A stretch of DNA of 64,000 nt, taken from positions 1 through 64,000 of IMG/VR virus record IMGVR_UViG_2595698914_000001; one strand, given 5' to 3'. Positions 20,110-29,599 of the stretch are shown here, piece after piece. The translations under genes were made by a program, and so were the position numbers. This DNA is from a virus. Its lineage: Duplodnaviria > Caudoviricetes. A model generated the notes under the pieces. The model was not told the origin of the DNA and ran no database searches. It worked only from the letters and a program-made list of their open reading frames with translations. Position 1 is the stretch's first letter; every line of letters starts with the position of its first letter.

Positions 20110-20427
20110 TTACCCTTTATTTTTAATTACAGATATACAACCTTTCAATACCTGTCTGTAGTTAACTACACCGACTAAACTAGGCTCAGTTGGATAATCA
20201 CTTGCAGATAGATGTTTAGTTATAGGTTCAAACGCTGTGAAGTTTTTCAACCAGCTAATATCGTTATAACAAACACCTTTAGTTAAGGATTCCTCATAAC
20301 GTGATTGTAGGGAGCTTAACAAGTCACCTGATTGATTCTCAATAGATATACCTGTTTCGATTTCAACCAACTTAACCATATTAGCTCGTTCAAGTTCAAT
20401 GACAAACATTAAATCATCAACATGCAT
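20110..20427 (-). CDS. small protein homologous to the N-terminal propeptide of 18583..20103
   Basis: GVCYNDI...YPTEPSLVG resembles GICRKDV...YSEVRSSIG. Confidence 0.55.
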   Translation of the reverse strand: MHVDDLMFVIELERANMVKLVEIETGISIENQSGDLLSSLQSRYEESLTKGVCYNDISWLKNFTAFEPITKHLSASDYPTEPSLVGVVNYRQVLKGCISVIKNKG

Positions 20428-20445
20428 AATTAAACTCCCTAAAAA

Positions 20446-20868
20446 TTAAAGTAGTAAGTCAGAACGCTCATCACAACAATCTTGGTCTTCTTTAGATAAG
20501 ACTGGACTTTCTTCTAGCATATCCATGATGTACTTTTCAGTAACTTCACCACGTACTAAAAGAAGACGTTGATACCATACTTTAAACGTTAGGTCAATAA
20601 CGGCTTTAGTATCGATTAGAACATGCTCATTAACCATACTAACTAAATGATGTACAGATGGTTCTAGGTTAGTCTGGTAATAACTACGTGCAATGATACC
20701 TTCATCGGTAGGTACATCTAAAACCTTGAAACCAATGTATGATGATAAACCTAATGCGATAAGGCGATTAATCTTAGAAGGGTTATTACACTTCTTATTT
20801 AGTATTTGAGTTTCAGACTTAACTTTATTACTCATTACTTCTACTTGCTTCATTTGTTCTTCGTTCAT
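20446..20868 (-). CDS. hypothetical protein
   Basis: 140-aa ORF in a structural operon. Confidence 0.65.
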   Translation of the reverse strand: MNEEQMKQVEVMSNKVKSETQILNKKCNNPSKINRLIALGLSSYIGFKVLDVPTDEGIIARSYYQTNLEPSVHHLVSMVNEHVLIDTKAVIDLTFKVWYQRLLLVRGEVTEKYIMDMLEESPVLSKEDQDCCDERSDLLL

Positions 20869-20875
20869 GATTCTT

Positions 20876-22156
20876 TTACCCCATATCTTTAAATTTAGCA
20901 GCCGCCAAATATAGTTTATTACTTGCGAAATCTTCTAGGTTCTGGTTAAGCTCACGTAAACTACGGTCTCGTCTACCAGAAGGCATAACTGTTTCATAGA
21001 TTGATTCAATAACACCACGTTTGTTATGGTACTGTTCCATAATCTCATGAATGCTTTCTATCTGCTCTATAAGCTTCTTGTTATCGCCTTTACGATTAGA
21101 GCTAAGAGAAGTGATTAGATTATCCGCAACACGCTTAAAGCGGTCTTTAGGGTCGTCGTATATCTTCTTCTCTGGTGCATAAAACATAAGAGATAACATC
21201 ATTAGAACTGAAGCCCCTGCTGGATTTAACACAGCGGATGCTAACATCATCATACCTTTAAGACCATCAAGGATTAATGGCTCAGTTGTTCCAAACTTCT
21301 GAAAGCGAGAACCAGGCATTGTGTCTAAAGCTATTACTAAGTCTAAACCATTACCATGACTTGCAGCGAAGTTATCACTTAATGCCTCAAAGCCGCGTGC
21401 GTCGTATACATCTGAACCTAACTCACTACGCATACGATTAAGTAAGCCACCTACAATAACTGTAGTTGTAGTTTTCTCATCGTTAACATTAGCGATATAA
21501 TCAATGTCGTCGTGAATATTAATTTCTTCAGACTTAGCTACTTCTTTAAGTAACTTAACTCGACCAGAAGAATCACCAATACCCATCATACGGTTATTAA
21601 CTTGTTGTAAGACGTAGTTAGTTCTAACTGACCAGCCCAAACCTTTCATGAAGTTTGTAAAGTGGCCGATTTCATGTAGGATAATACCCACGGCTCCAGC
21701 AGGCTTTAGTTGCCATTTAGTTTTAGTATGTAACATATCTAAACTGACTGTTAGGCGACTTGGAGCTTTAGCCATAAATCCATGGAAGCGACCTTTATCA
21801 TCGATATGACCAGTTAAGTCTTTACCTGATGCACGGTATAGCTCTTTGTTGGCTTCACTATCTAAATGTTCGGAATAGTTATCGCGGTAAACCTGTTGCC
21901 ACATCGGATTGTTTTTATCAATCATCGGAATACTAACATTAGCATTCTGACTAATAGTTGGGTCAATGTACACTGTGAAGTTACTATTAAATACTTCATT
22001 AATTCCATCTGTAAGTTCTTTACATACAGTAGGTTTAGTTATATTAGCGTACGTCATTTTATCTCTTAAGGTTAAGATAATACCTTGAATGGTTAAGCTT
22101 TGAACTGACTTATCCCCATCCATCTTACGATTATTTACATCAAAACTCATTGCCAT
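20876..22156 (-). CDS. virion zincin-like metallopeptidase (phiKZ gp84-like)
   Basis: IILHEIGHF (HExxH), EALSDNFA third ligand, YDDPKDR; hydrophobic helix pair. Confidence 0.75.
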   Translation of the reverse strand: MAMSFDVNNRKMDGDKSVQSLTIQGIILTLRDKMTYANITKPTVCKELTDGINEVFNSNFTVYIDPTISQNANVSIPMIDKNNPMWQQVYRDNYSEHLDSEANKELYRASGKDLTGHIDDKGRFHGFMAKAPSRLTVSLDMLHTKTKWQLKPAGAVGIILHEIGHFTNFMKGLGWSVRTNYVLQQVNNRMMGIGDSSGRVKLLKEVAKSEEINIHDDIDYIANVNDEKTTTTVIVGGLLNRMRSELGSDVYDARGFEALSDNFAASHGNGLDLVIALDTMPGSRFQKFGTTEPLILDGLKGMMMLASAVLNPAGASVLMMLSLMFYAPEKKIYDDPKDRFKRVADNLITSLSSNRKGDNKKLIEQIESIHEIMEQYHNKRGVIESIYETVMPSGRRDRSLRELNQNLEDFASNKLYLAAAKFKDMG

Positions 22157-22220
22157 CTCCAGAGCGAGTGAATAGTACTAGGACATATAAAGTACGTTAA
22201 TATGTTTTATACTATCTAAT

Positions 22221-23957
22221 GTGAGTTTAAAGATGAGTAAGCCTAAATTTATAATGGGAGTACATGCTAGTTACTCTCAACACCGAGATCGTCCTAAGAA
22301 CGATATGGTACTAGTTAAAGAAAAGCAGTTATTGGAAGACGGAACCATTAAAGAAAACTTAAGGTTCTTTGAAAATTACCAACGTGATTTCTATGTAACT
22401 AAACCTAGATATAGAGACCATAAGTCTAAGAAAGAATGGGAAAAAATAAGTCGTTGTAGTAGAATAAAAACAAACCAAGCGTGTTTAATCCCTTCAATTG
22501 CTAAAGCACTTAATATACGTAAGAATGGTTTACGTAGAATGGCACGTAATCCTAGTCTGTATGGAGCAGACATCAACGTAACAACCCTTATACTACATAA
22601 GTACATAGAAACATATGGTGACTCTGAGTTAATGCCTACAGTTGCTGTTATGGATTATGAGTGGGATGTTGATACAGGTAAACCATCTATCGGTACGTAC
22701 ATGTATGAGAATAAAGTATATCTCACTATACGTAAAGATAAAATAGCTAACTGCGGATACAGTACTACTGCGTTTATTAATAAACTACAAGAGGACTTTA
22801 AGAAGGAAGTAATTCCTTTAGTTGATGAGTTCTACGAAAGAACTAATGCTGATGGTAAGTTAATTAATAAGAACGTTGCTCGTATTTACCCAGAACTACA
22901 TGTTGAAGTTGTAGACTTAGACCTAGATGTAGTTCGTAAGTTATTCAAACATACACATACAACGATGCCTGACTACCTTACCTTCTGGAACGGTATTTCT
23001 GATTTAGAAATAATCATGGCGCTGTGTGAAGAATACATGGTTGACCCAGCAGACTTCATGAATGACCCGTCTGTACCTAAGGAATATAGAAACTGTAGAT
23101 TAGACAAAGGTTTAACTGAAACCATTGATGCTAATGGTAATAAGAAACCTAAGAGTCCTTCTGAACAATGGCATGTATTAAGTAACATGGCTAGTTGGCA
23201 ATTCATTGATATGATGTGTTGTTACCATACTAACCGTGCACATAAACCTAATCTACCATCTTACTCGTTTGAGTTCATCATGAGATTAGAACTTATGATG
23301 AAGAAACTTAGACTAGTTCCTAAGTTAAATGCTTTAGCTGAATCGGATATGGGAACATGGCATAAAGAAATGTCTAACAACCATATCTTAGAGTACGCCC
23401 TATACGCTACAATGGATGTTATTGAACCGATGATACTGGAAGCTAAGTCTTACGAGATACGTGCTCAGGCTTACTCTAACTTAACCTATCATCCTATTGG
23501 CGACTTCAAAAAGAACCCTCGTAAGTTATGTAATGCTCAACATTTCTCATTCTTAAAGTCAGGTCATATTGTAGGAACTACCTCTGACCAGATGCGTGAA
23601 GATGTAGATAATCATATCTATCAAGGTGACAACTGGATTATAACACTTAATAGTAGTTACCATGACCAGCTAGAAACACCGGCTTTAGCAGATAGTGATA
23701 TCCCTACTTTATTCTCCCCATCTAACGATGATGGAGATTTAACATCTAGTTACCCATCTAACTCACGATTACTTAATATATCTAAGACTACAACAGTTAC
23801 TGAACTGATTAAAGTTAAAGGTATCCCTGAGGAAATCATGCGTGAGGTTGGTCTTAACTTAAGTAGTAATGGTGATAATAGTATAGATTTCTGTTATCGT
23901 GTACTTGGATTACCACATCTACAAGATGTACTAGTTAGCTGGGATAACTCTAAATAA
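22221..23957 (+). CDS. split family-B DNA polymerase subunit with 3'-5' exonuclease and motif A (phiKZ gp82-like)
   Basis: MDYEWD (Exo I), FWN..SD (Exo II), YATMD (Exo III), DGDLTSSYPS (PolB motif A); motifs B/C lie outside this ORF. Confidence 0.85.
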   Translation: MSLKMSKPKFIMGVHASYSQHRDRPKNDMVLVKEKQLLEDGTIKENLRFFENYQRDFYVTKPRYRDHKSKKEWEKISRCSRIKTNQACLIPSIAKALNIRKNGLRRMARNPSLYGADINVTTLILHKYIETYGDSELMPTVAVMDYEWDVDTGKPSIGTYMYENKVYLTIRKDKIANCGYSTTAFINKLQEDFKKEVIPLVDEFYERTNADGKLINKNVARIYPELHVEVVDLDLDVVRKLFKHTHTTMPDYLTFWNGISDLEIIMALCEEYMVDPADFMNDPSVPKEYRNCRLDKGLTETIDANGNKKPKSPSEQWHVLSNMASWQFIDMMCCYHTNRAHKPNLPSYSFEFIMRLELMMKKLRLVPKLNALAESDMGTWHKEMSNNHILEYALYATMDVIEPMILEAKSYEIRAQAYSNLTYHPIGDFKKNPRKLCNAQHFSFLKSGHIVGTTSDQMREDVDNHIYQGDNWIITLNSSYHDQLETPALADSDIPTLFSPSNDDGDLTSSYPSNSRLLNISKTTTVTELIKVKGIPEEIMREVGLNLSSNGDNSIDFCYRVLGLPHLQDVLVSWDNSK

Positions 23958-23990
23958 TATTGAGTGTTAATGATTTAGAGGTACTATCTT

Positions 23991-24146
23991 ATGAATACTA
24001 GAATGACTTGGGGTGAGTTTAAGGAAATGATTGATAGTACTACAGGTGTAACTGATGATACATCTATAATACTGATTGACTTAGATACAACCGAAAGAGA
24101 GCTTCCTGAAGTATTAGTAGAACCTAATGGATTAGTAATAACTTAA
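23991..24146 (+). CDS. small hypothetical protein, 51 aa (not in ORF track)
   Basis: RBS GAGGT; MNTRMTWGEFKEMIDSTTGVTDDTSIILIDLD...; followed by a terminator hairpin at about 24148-24177. Confidence 0.7.
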   Translation: MNTRMTWGEFKEMIDSTTGVTDDTSIILIDLDTTERELPEVLVEPNGLVIT

Positions 24147-24183
24147 TTATAGGGAGGACTTAGGTTCTCCCTATTTTATTACG

Positions 24184-24196
24184 TCTATATATAATA
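24184..24196 (+). promoter_or_regulatory. putative early promoter TCTATATATAATA
   Basis: Recurrent motif directly after a terminator. Confidence 0.6.
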
Positions 24197-24236
24197 ATAC
24201 TGAATTAAATTAATCAAATAAACTTGGAGAATTAAA

Positions 24237-24773
24237 ATGAATGATAATGATTTGACTATGGCTGACCTTGTACTATTAATCTCTGGTAAACTATCTAAGA
24301 AGATGGTTAGTCCTAACTGGGTTAGTAAATTAACAACTAAGAACCTAGTGGCGGCCTTTAAGGATGAACTTGAACCTACTGATGTAAACTGGCAACATCA
24401 ATTAGATAAAGAATTTAATCTTAAGATTAAAGCTATATCTCTTAATACAGGACTAGACCTACCAACACTATACTCGTTCTTTAATAAAGTAGCATTCTTA
24501 AGTGCGGACATTAGTGAAATAGTTAATGTGTTTTTAACTATAGTGTTAGATACCGATATAGACTGTATGCCTCTTCCTCCTGAGGATTATATAGAACCTT
24601 ATGAGTTCTCACTCGATGAGGATGGATTTTTACATTTAGAATTCGGTAACAATATTAAATGTGTAGACTTCCTAAGAGCGGTAATAGTTAAGTACGATAA
24701 TATTAAAGCTAACAATTTAGGTTTAACTGGAGATGAACTATTAACTCTGGTAAATTCTAATAAGGTGGAGTGA
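24237..24773 (+). CDS. hypothetical protein
   Basis: RBS GGAG; 178 aa. Confidence 0.7.
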   Translation: MNDNDLTMADLVLLISGKLSKKMVSPNWVSKLTTKNLVAAFKDELEPTDVNWQHQLDKEFNLKIKAISLNTGLDLPTLYSFFNKVAFLSADISEIVNVFLTIVLDTDIDCMPLPPEDYIEPYEFSLDEDGFLHLEFGNNIKCVDFLRAVIVKYDNIKANNLGLTGDELLTLVNSNKVE

Positions 24774-25135
24774 TTAGTAAAATGGAATTACAAGAACGTT
24801 TCGAAGTATTTAATGGTGTGGAATTATTAAATAATAATAATGAAGCTGTAGTGCGTGTACATGGCGATACATCGACTATACAATTAGCCGAAGTAGGGGT
24901 AGTAATAACTGAGTGGGGTAAAGAAGAGATTTATCTAACTCACTTAGAGTCGTCTAGACTATGCTCAGCGGTTAGAGGTACTACTGGATTCCTAGCACAG
25001 GAGTCAAGTTCAGGTGGATTGTATATAACTCATGAAAGACTGAAAGGAGAGTTATTCTTTAATACTGTCAGAGGTACATTAAGTTGGAGTAAAGCTGGCT
25101 CCACGACTACAGTAGATATGTATTTAAGGCCATAA
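24770..25135 (+). CDS. hypothetical protein
   Basis: GTGA overlap with the upstream stop; RBS AAGGTGG. Confidence 0.65.
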   Translation: MISKMELQERFEVFNGVELLNNNNEAVVRVHGDTSTIQLAEVGVVITEWGKEEIYLTHLESSRLCSAVRGTTGFLAQESSSGGLYITHERLKGELFFNTVRGTLSWSKAGSTTTVDMYLRP

Positions 25136-25163
25136 TAAAGGATACCCTAATGGGTATCCTTTA
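25136..25163. terminator. bidirectional hairpin terminator
   Basis: TAAAGGATACCC-TAAT-GGGTATCCTTTA. Confidence 0.75.
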
Positions 25164-25182
25164 ACTTTAACAATTATTTTTT

Positions 25183-25902
25183 TTACTCAGAGAAGTAAGA
25201 AATAAACAGTTCTTTCTTATCTTCATTTAAGAATTTATTAAGTGCTGTTGGATCAAAGCTCTTAATTGTTTTCTTACGCGTCTTAGTTGGAGAAAGACGC
25301 TGGATAGCTTCTAAGAAACTACATGCTGGTGGACATCCGCCTAAGAACGGTCGGAATGGACGAATACCAAAGAACGGTGATTTATTACCGAATGTTTCAA
25401 GGTCGTCATTAATAAATTCAGTAAGACCTTTAATGATCTTAATGAACTGAACTGTATTGCTCTTATTAATCATACCAACTAAATCCGCCATATTGTTAGC
25501 AGCAGAAGGCATAGCAGCAATATCATTCGGACCAATTACAATAACGCAGAAGTTACTTAGACGCGCAGCAATACGTTTAGTTAAGAATTCATCATCGTCG
25601 ATAACTAATACTTTAGCTACAGATTCAGCACTGTAATCTTGAACCACTTCACCTTCTTCTTCCATAGGTTCCGGCGCTTCTGATTCAGTGTTACCTTCAG
25701 TACCCGCATCACCTTCGTCTGAACCTTCTGAATTACCTTCTGTACCAGCATCGTTAGCACCAGTGAAAATTGTGTTAGGTGTATTAGTACCAGTATCACC
25801 TGTACCCTCTTCACCTTCAGTCGCTTGTGATTTAAGAGCTTCTTGCTTTGCAGCTTCTGCTTTAGCTTTAGCTTCTTTTTCTGCTTTTGACATTCTAGCC
25901 AT
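25183..25902 (-). CDS. hypothetical protein with disordered acidic N-terminus
   Basis: E/G/T-rich region with a repeated DAGTEGN; RBS GAGG. Confidence 0.7.
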   Translation of the reverse strand: MARMSKAEKEAKAKAEAAKQEALKSQATEGEEGTGDTGTNTPNTIFTGANDAGTEGNSEGSDEGDAGTEGNTESEAPEPMEEEGEVVQDYSAESVAKVLVIDDDEFLTKRIAARLSNFCVIVIGPNDIAAMPSAANNMADLVGMINKSNTVQFIKIIKGLTEFINDDLETFGNKSPFFGIRPFRPFLGGCPPACSFLEAIQRLSPTKTRKKTIKSFDPTALNKFLNEDKKELFISYFSE

Positions 25903-25993
25903 TTTTATACCTCATTAACGTTAATAAAGAATTTAAGATAAGCTTCGCGAACTTACATAATAATTTGTATAGTTGTGTGACTATACGATTACA

Positions 25994-26007
25994 TCTATAT
26001 ATTATAT
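25994..26007 (+). promoter_or_regulatory. putative early promoter TCTATATATTATAT
   Basis: Recurrent motif. Confidence 0.6.
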
Positions 26008-26053
26008 AAATGAATTAACCAATTAAATTAAACTTAATAAGGGAAACCTAATC

Positions 26054-26524
26054 ATGAATACATTATTAAATAAAATAGAAAACGGTAAAGTAATTGCAGA
26101 AACAACTCTTCCTGTTAAAGGTGAATTAATAGAATATGAAACGGGTATCTATGCTCATCGTCTAACTGCTAATGATAACGTCTTTATTCAAACACCAGAA
26201 GGTACATTCGTTAACGGTGAGTATGTAATTAGCTGTTCTGAACAATCACATATGGACGCTATAGCGTCTGTAGGTATTGTATATAAAGAAGTTGAGGATG
26301 GTATAATCTATACTAATGAAGGTGGTACTTATAGTCAACATATCTCATCTGATAGAAGTACCATCACGTGGGTAGTGGGTACAGCTAAGATTGTTATGAA
26401 TTTAAATAACGATAGATTCTATGTAACCGACGGTGAGTATGAAGTTAGTCATCTATTAACAGAACTTGCTATAATGACTAAGTTATACGGTCTCTGTAAT
26501 AAAGTTGTAGCAGGAGAACTATAA
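26054..26524 (+). CDS. hypothetical protein
   Basis: RBS AAGGGA. Confidence 0.7.
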   Translation: MNTLLNKIENGKVIAETTLPVKGELIEYETGIYAHRLTANDNVFIQTPEGTFVNGEYVISCSEQSHMDAIASVGIVYKEVEDGIIYTNEGGTYSQHISSDRSTITWVVGTAKIVMNLNNDRFYVTDGEYEVSHLLTELAIMTKLYGLCNKVVAGEL

Positions 26525-26916
26525 TGGCTAAGATAAGTAATACGGTTAACAAGTGTGGCCGATTAGATATAATCCATAATACTGACTCATCGGTAATGAT
26601 GCGTTGTAGTAATGCAGACTATAGTATTCAAATTGAGGAAGGTACGATAACCTTGGTCATTTGGGGAGCTAGTTATATTAAAGAAGATAAATTGACCTTA
26701 TCTAATTTAGTATCGTTCTTTGTGGAGTATGGTTTAACAATAGAATCACACCAGAAAGCAGATGAAGTTAAGTTCTTAAATGAACATTACATCCTTAAAG
26801 ACGATAACGGTCAGTCTATAACAGTTGGTGTCACCTCATCAGTAGATATTGAAATACTAAATAATGAGATAATGTTCTTACTAGAGGATACCAGTACGTT
26901 ATTCATAACCTACTAA
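26524..26916 (+). CDS. hypothetical protein
   Basis: TAATG coupling; RBS AGGAG. Confidence 0.7.
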   Translation: MAKISNTVNKCGRLDIIHNTDSSVMMRCSNADYSIQIEEGTITLVIWGASYIKEDKLTLSNLVSFFVEYGLTIESHQKADEVKFLNEHYILKDDNGQSITVGVTSSVDIEILNNEIMFLLEDTSTLFITY

Positions 26917-26924
26917 AACATAAT

Positions 26925-26955
26925 AATAGACCACGACATTACGTCGTGGTCTATT
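26925..26955. terminator. bidirectional hairpin terminator
   Basis: AATAGACCACGAC...GTCGTGGTCTATT. Confidence 0.75.
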
Positions 26956-26973
26956 TAACTTCGATTATTTTTT

Positions 26974-28215
26974 TTAACTAAAAGGGACTTTAACAACCTC
27001 TACAGCTTTACCGTGAGCAGCCGACATCATAGCACCCATAGAATTACTATCTATTTGAGTAACGCCGTTAGGTATACCGTATTTCTCTTTAGCGGTAGCT
27101 TCGCCCATGCACTTATGACAATAATCATTCTTAAGTATACAGTGACTAGGAGCACGTATAACTATCTCCTTACCGATGTTACCCTTTAACCAATCGGTAG
27201 CTAGTACTGACCCGTCTTTAAGTAGATACATACCAGCATACATAGAGTAAGTATAAGGTTCTAATTTGACAGTTAAACCTTTCTTAGTTTTACAGTCTTT
27301 AACTTCGGATACTTCCAAGTGACCGTATGCACGTTCATCAACCTTAACACCATAACCACCTAATGCAGTAAGACCACCACGAGATAGAGAACCGTTTCTA
27401 GCTACGTTTACCCAACTCTCAATATGGTCAAGGTCTAAACCTTCTTCTAATGGTTTGGTTATAAGGTCAGTCGGTTTACCGTCTAATCCAGTTTCACTAC
27501 CATATAACATCTTAGTTTTCTTACGTACAACGGTATGTAATTTACCAGAGATAAAGAAAGCTTCGGCCTGAGTACCTTTAATATACTCCTTATCTAAATC
27601 AACACCTACCTTATCAATCTTAGCTTGAGTAGCCGGATTGTTTAAATCATCCTTGTTCTTCTCAAACTCAGCATTTAAAGTTTTACGCATATCTGGATGG
27701 GTGGTAAAGGTTTCAATAGAAGCAGCAGGTACACCCATCTCAGCATCGGCTTCCAGCATATGTAACCAGCTAATACTTTTAATTATCTTATCTGCATCAT
27801 CAATCTTACCTGCTGCATATAAGTCATTGTATGCTTTATGGAATGTCTTATCTGTAAACTCATCATTATGATAAGGTATTACATCACCAAACATTTCAGT
27901 AAAACCGATTATATTAAGTAGTAGTCTACCATATGTGGTTTTAACTTCCGACTTAATATTAGGAATGAATCCTTTAGGTAAGGTTAATTCCGTACGCCAT
28001 GTTATAGGTGGTTTAGAAATACTAACACCTTCTAACTTATACATTTCATCATTCAGACTAAACACATAACTGGTTTTATCTATAGATAGTAGTAAGTCGT
28101 ATTTAGACTTAGATTCAATAACATTCATAACCATACGTAACCGCCAACTACGACGGAAGTATAGTTTACTATCTATACAGAGTTTTAAGTACTCTAATAA
28201 GCTGATTGACTTCAT
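26974..28215 (-). CDS. rpoC: virion RNA polymerase beta'-like subunit, C-terminal part (phiKZ gp80-like)
   Basis: TTYGRLLLN, bridge helix ARNGSLSRGGLTALGGYGVK, DCKT, RAPSHC...YCHKCMG zinc site, trigger loop MMSAAHG. Confidence 0.85.
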   Translation of the reverse strand: MKSISLLEYLKLCIDSKLYFRRSWRLRMVMNVIESKSKYDLLLSIDKTSYVFSLNDEMYKLEGVSISKPPITWRTELTLPKGFIPNIKSEVKTTYGRLLLNIIGFTEMFGDVIPYHNDEFTDKTFHKAYNDLYAAGKIDDADKIIKSISWLHMLEADAEMGVPAASIETFTTHPDMRKTLNAEFEKNKDDLNNPATQAKIDKVGVDLDKEYIKGTQAEAFFISGKLHTVVRKKTKMLYGSETGLDGKPTDLITKPLEEGLDLDHIESWVNVARNGSLSRGGLTALGGYGVKVDERAYGHLEVSEVKDCKTKKGLTVKLEPYTYSMYAGMYLLKDGSVLATDWLKGNIGKEIVIRAPSHCILKNDYCHKCMGEATAKEKYGIPNGVTQIDSNSMGAMMSAAHGKAVEVVKVPFS

Positions 28216-29045
28216 AGTGACCTTCCTACAGTTTCAGTGTATGTCTTACGTAAGTCAGATGTAAATAGTTTACCTTCTGCTTCTGTTTGACCAACTAAAC
28301 GACCAACACGATTAAAGGTTTCACTAAGTTCTGTTGTTTCAACATTACTAATTAAGATTAAAGATATTAATTCAAAGATTAAGTCATCACGGTGTAGTTT
28401 ATATAGTCCATCTTCCACTAAAACAAATAATGAATTAAATTCCATAGAGCCGACTTCCACATTAGCTCTTATAAGCTCGTATACTAAACCGTAACGCTTT
28501 CCTTTAAGGAATTCCTTATATCGTTCGACGTATTCAGAAGTATCCTCAAAATCAGGTACAGAGACTCTACGGTCTTCTAGATTGATAACTATATTTTTAA
28601 TGATATCATCATCTACACTGAAAGTTTCATCTAGAACCGAATCTACAGATGAATCTGTTAATAGATTAACTAACTCAGCGAATACATCCACCGCTTCATT
28701 CGTATCGTCTAATTCAAAATTCATGTTAGCTAATACATAAGACGGATCGTATTCTTCAGATACTAACTTTAGAGTATCGGTCATATCGTAGAGTACTTTA
28801 AGATTATCCGATGAATCGTTTAAAAGGATACCGTGTAGGTTAAGTACATTAAATAGCTCTACTTTAATAACGTTATTGATACCGCCTACTCTACCTACGG
28901 TATCTAAGTTTTCAATATGAAAAGCATATTCTTCCATTTGCTCTTCTACTTCATTAACATTAAACTTACCTAACAACTCTATAGATAGTAGTAATTGCTT
29001 TGCACGTTCAGGGGTGAAGTTGTCCTCAATGTATTTGTACAGCAT
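28212..29045 (-). CDS. conserved phiKZ gp79-like hypothetical protein (start reassigned to 29045)
   Basis: GGAG RBS before MLYKY; synteny. Confidence 0.65.
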   Translation of the reverse strand: MLYKYIEDNFTPERAKQLLLSIELLGKFNVNEVEEQMEEYAFHIENLDTVGRVGGINNVIKVELFNVLNLHGILLNDSSDNLKVLYDMTDTLKLVSEEYDPSYVLANMNFELDDTNEAVDVFAELVNLLTDSSVDSVLDETFSVDDDIIKNIVINLEDRRVSVPDFEDTSEYVERYKEFLKGKRYGLVYELIRANVEVGSMEFNSLFVLVEDGLYKLHRDDLIFELISLILISNVETTELSETFNRVGRLVGQTEAEGKLFTSDLRKTYTETVGRSL

Positions 29046-29109
29046 TACATTTCGCTCCAATATTATGTTGTTAATTATCATAAACCTTAAGATAAGGAAG
29101 GAAAGCACA

Positions 29110-29597
29110 ATGGCTGGTAATAAGAAAACTAATTCTACAAAGAAAAAACAGTTTACACACGTAAGCAGTACACACGCGATATTAATGTAGGTGTGACAAG
29201 TTACGTTGAATCTATTCGCATGGTCGGTATGACTAATAACGTCTGTATCATGATTACTAAGGCATTAAATGCTAAGCGTGATGAAGGTGTGGAAATCAAA
29301 CCTGAGCATGAAGAAGTGCTTGAAGCTCTAACGTCAGGTATTAATAAAACAATTGATACGTTAGAAGAACTAGAAAGAGAATATATTAGTTCTCCACCAG
29401 CACACTTCGTAGGTAACTCTTTGAAAGTAGACCAATGGACACTTGATTTGAATGGTCAAATCTTAGACGCTACTGGTTGGATGGGTTCTATACAAGGTGT
29501 GTATCGCGAACTTATTGAAACTTATGAACTGGATTTAAATCAACCTAAGGTTGAAGAAGCTCCAGAACTATCATCAGAACTAACAGAGGTTGAGTAA
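29110..29597 (+). CDS. hypothetical protein split by a frame change at an A6 run (MAGNKK... joined to ...TVYTRKQY...)
   Basis: Strong RBS and ATG at 29110, stop at 29190; the -1 frame is open from 29133 to 29597. Confidence 0.55.
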
Positions 29598-29599
29598 TT

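Noticed and set aside
22150-22186. In-frame ATG TCC TAG ... SLALE upstream of the gp84-like start, suggesting amber readthrough or a recoded TAG
   Set aside because: The ATG is more simply the TATG late promoter and the GGAG the RBS. All long ORFs are intact under the standard code and TAG is used as a real stop.
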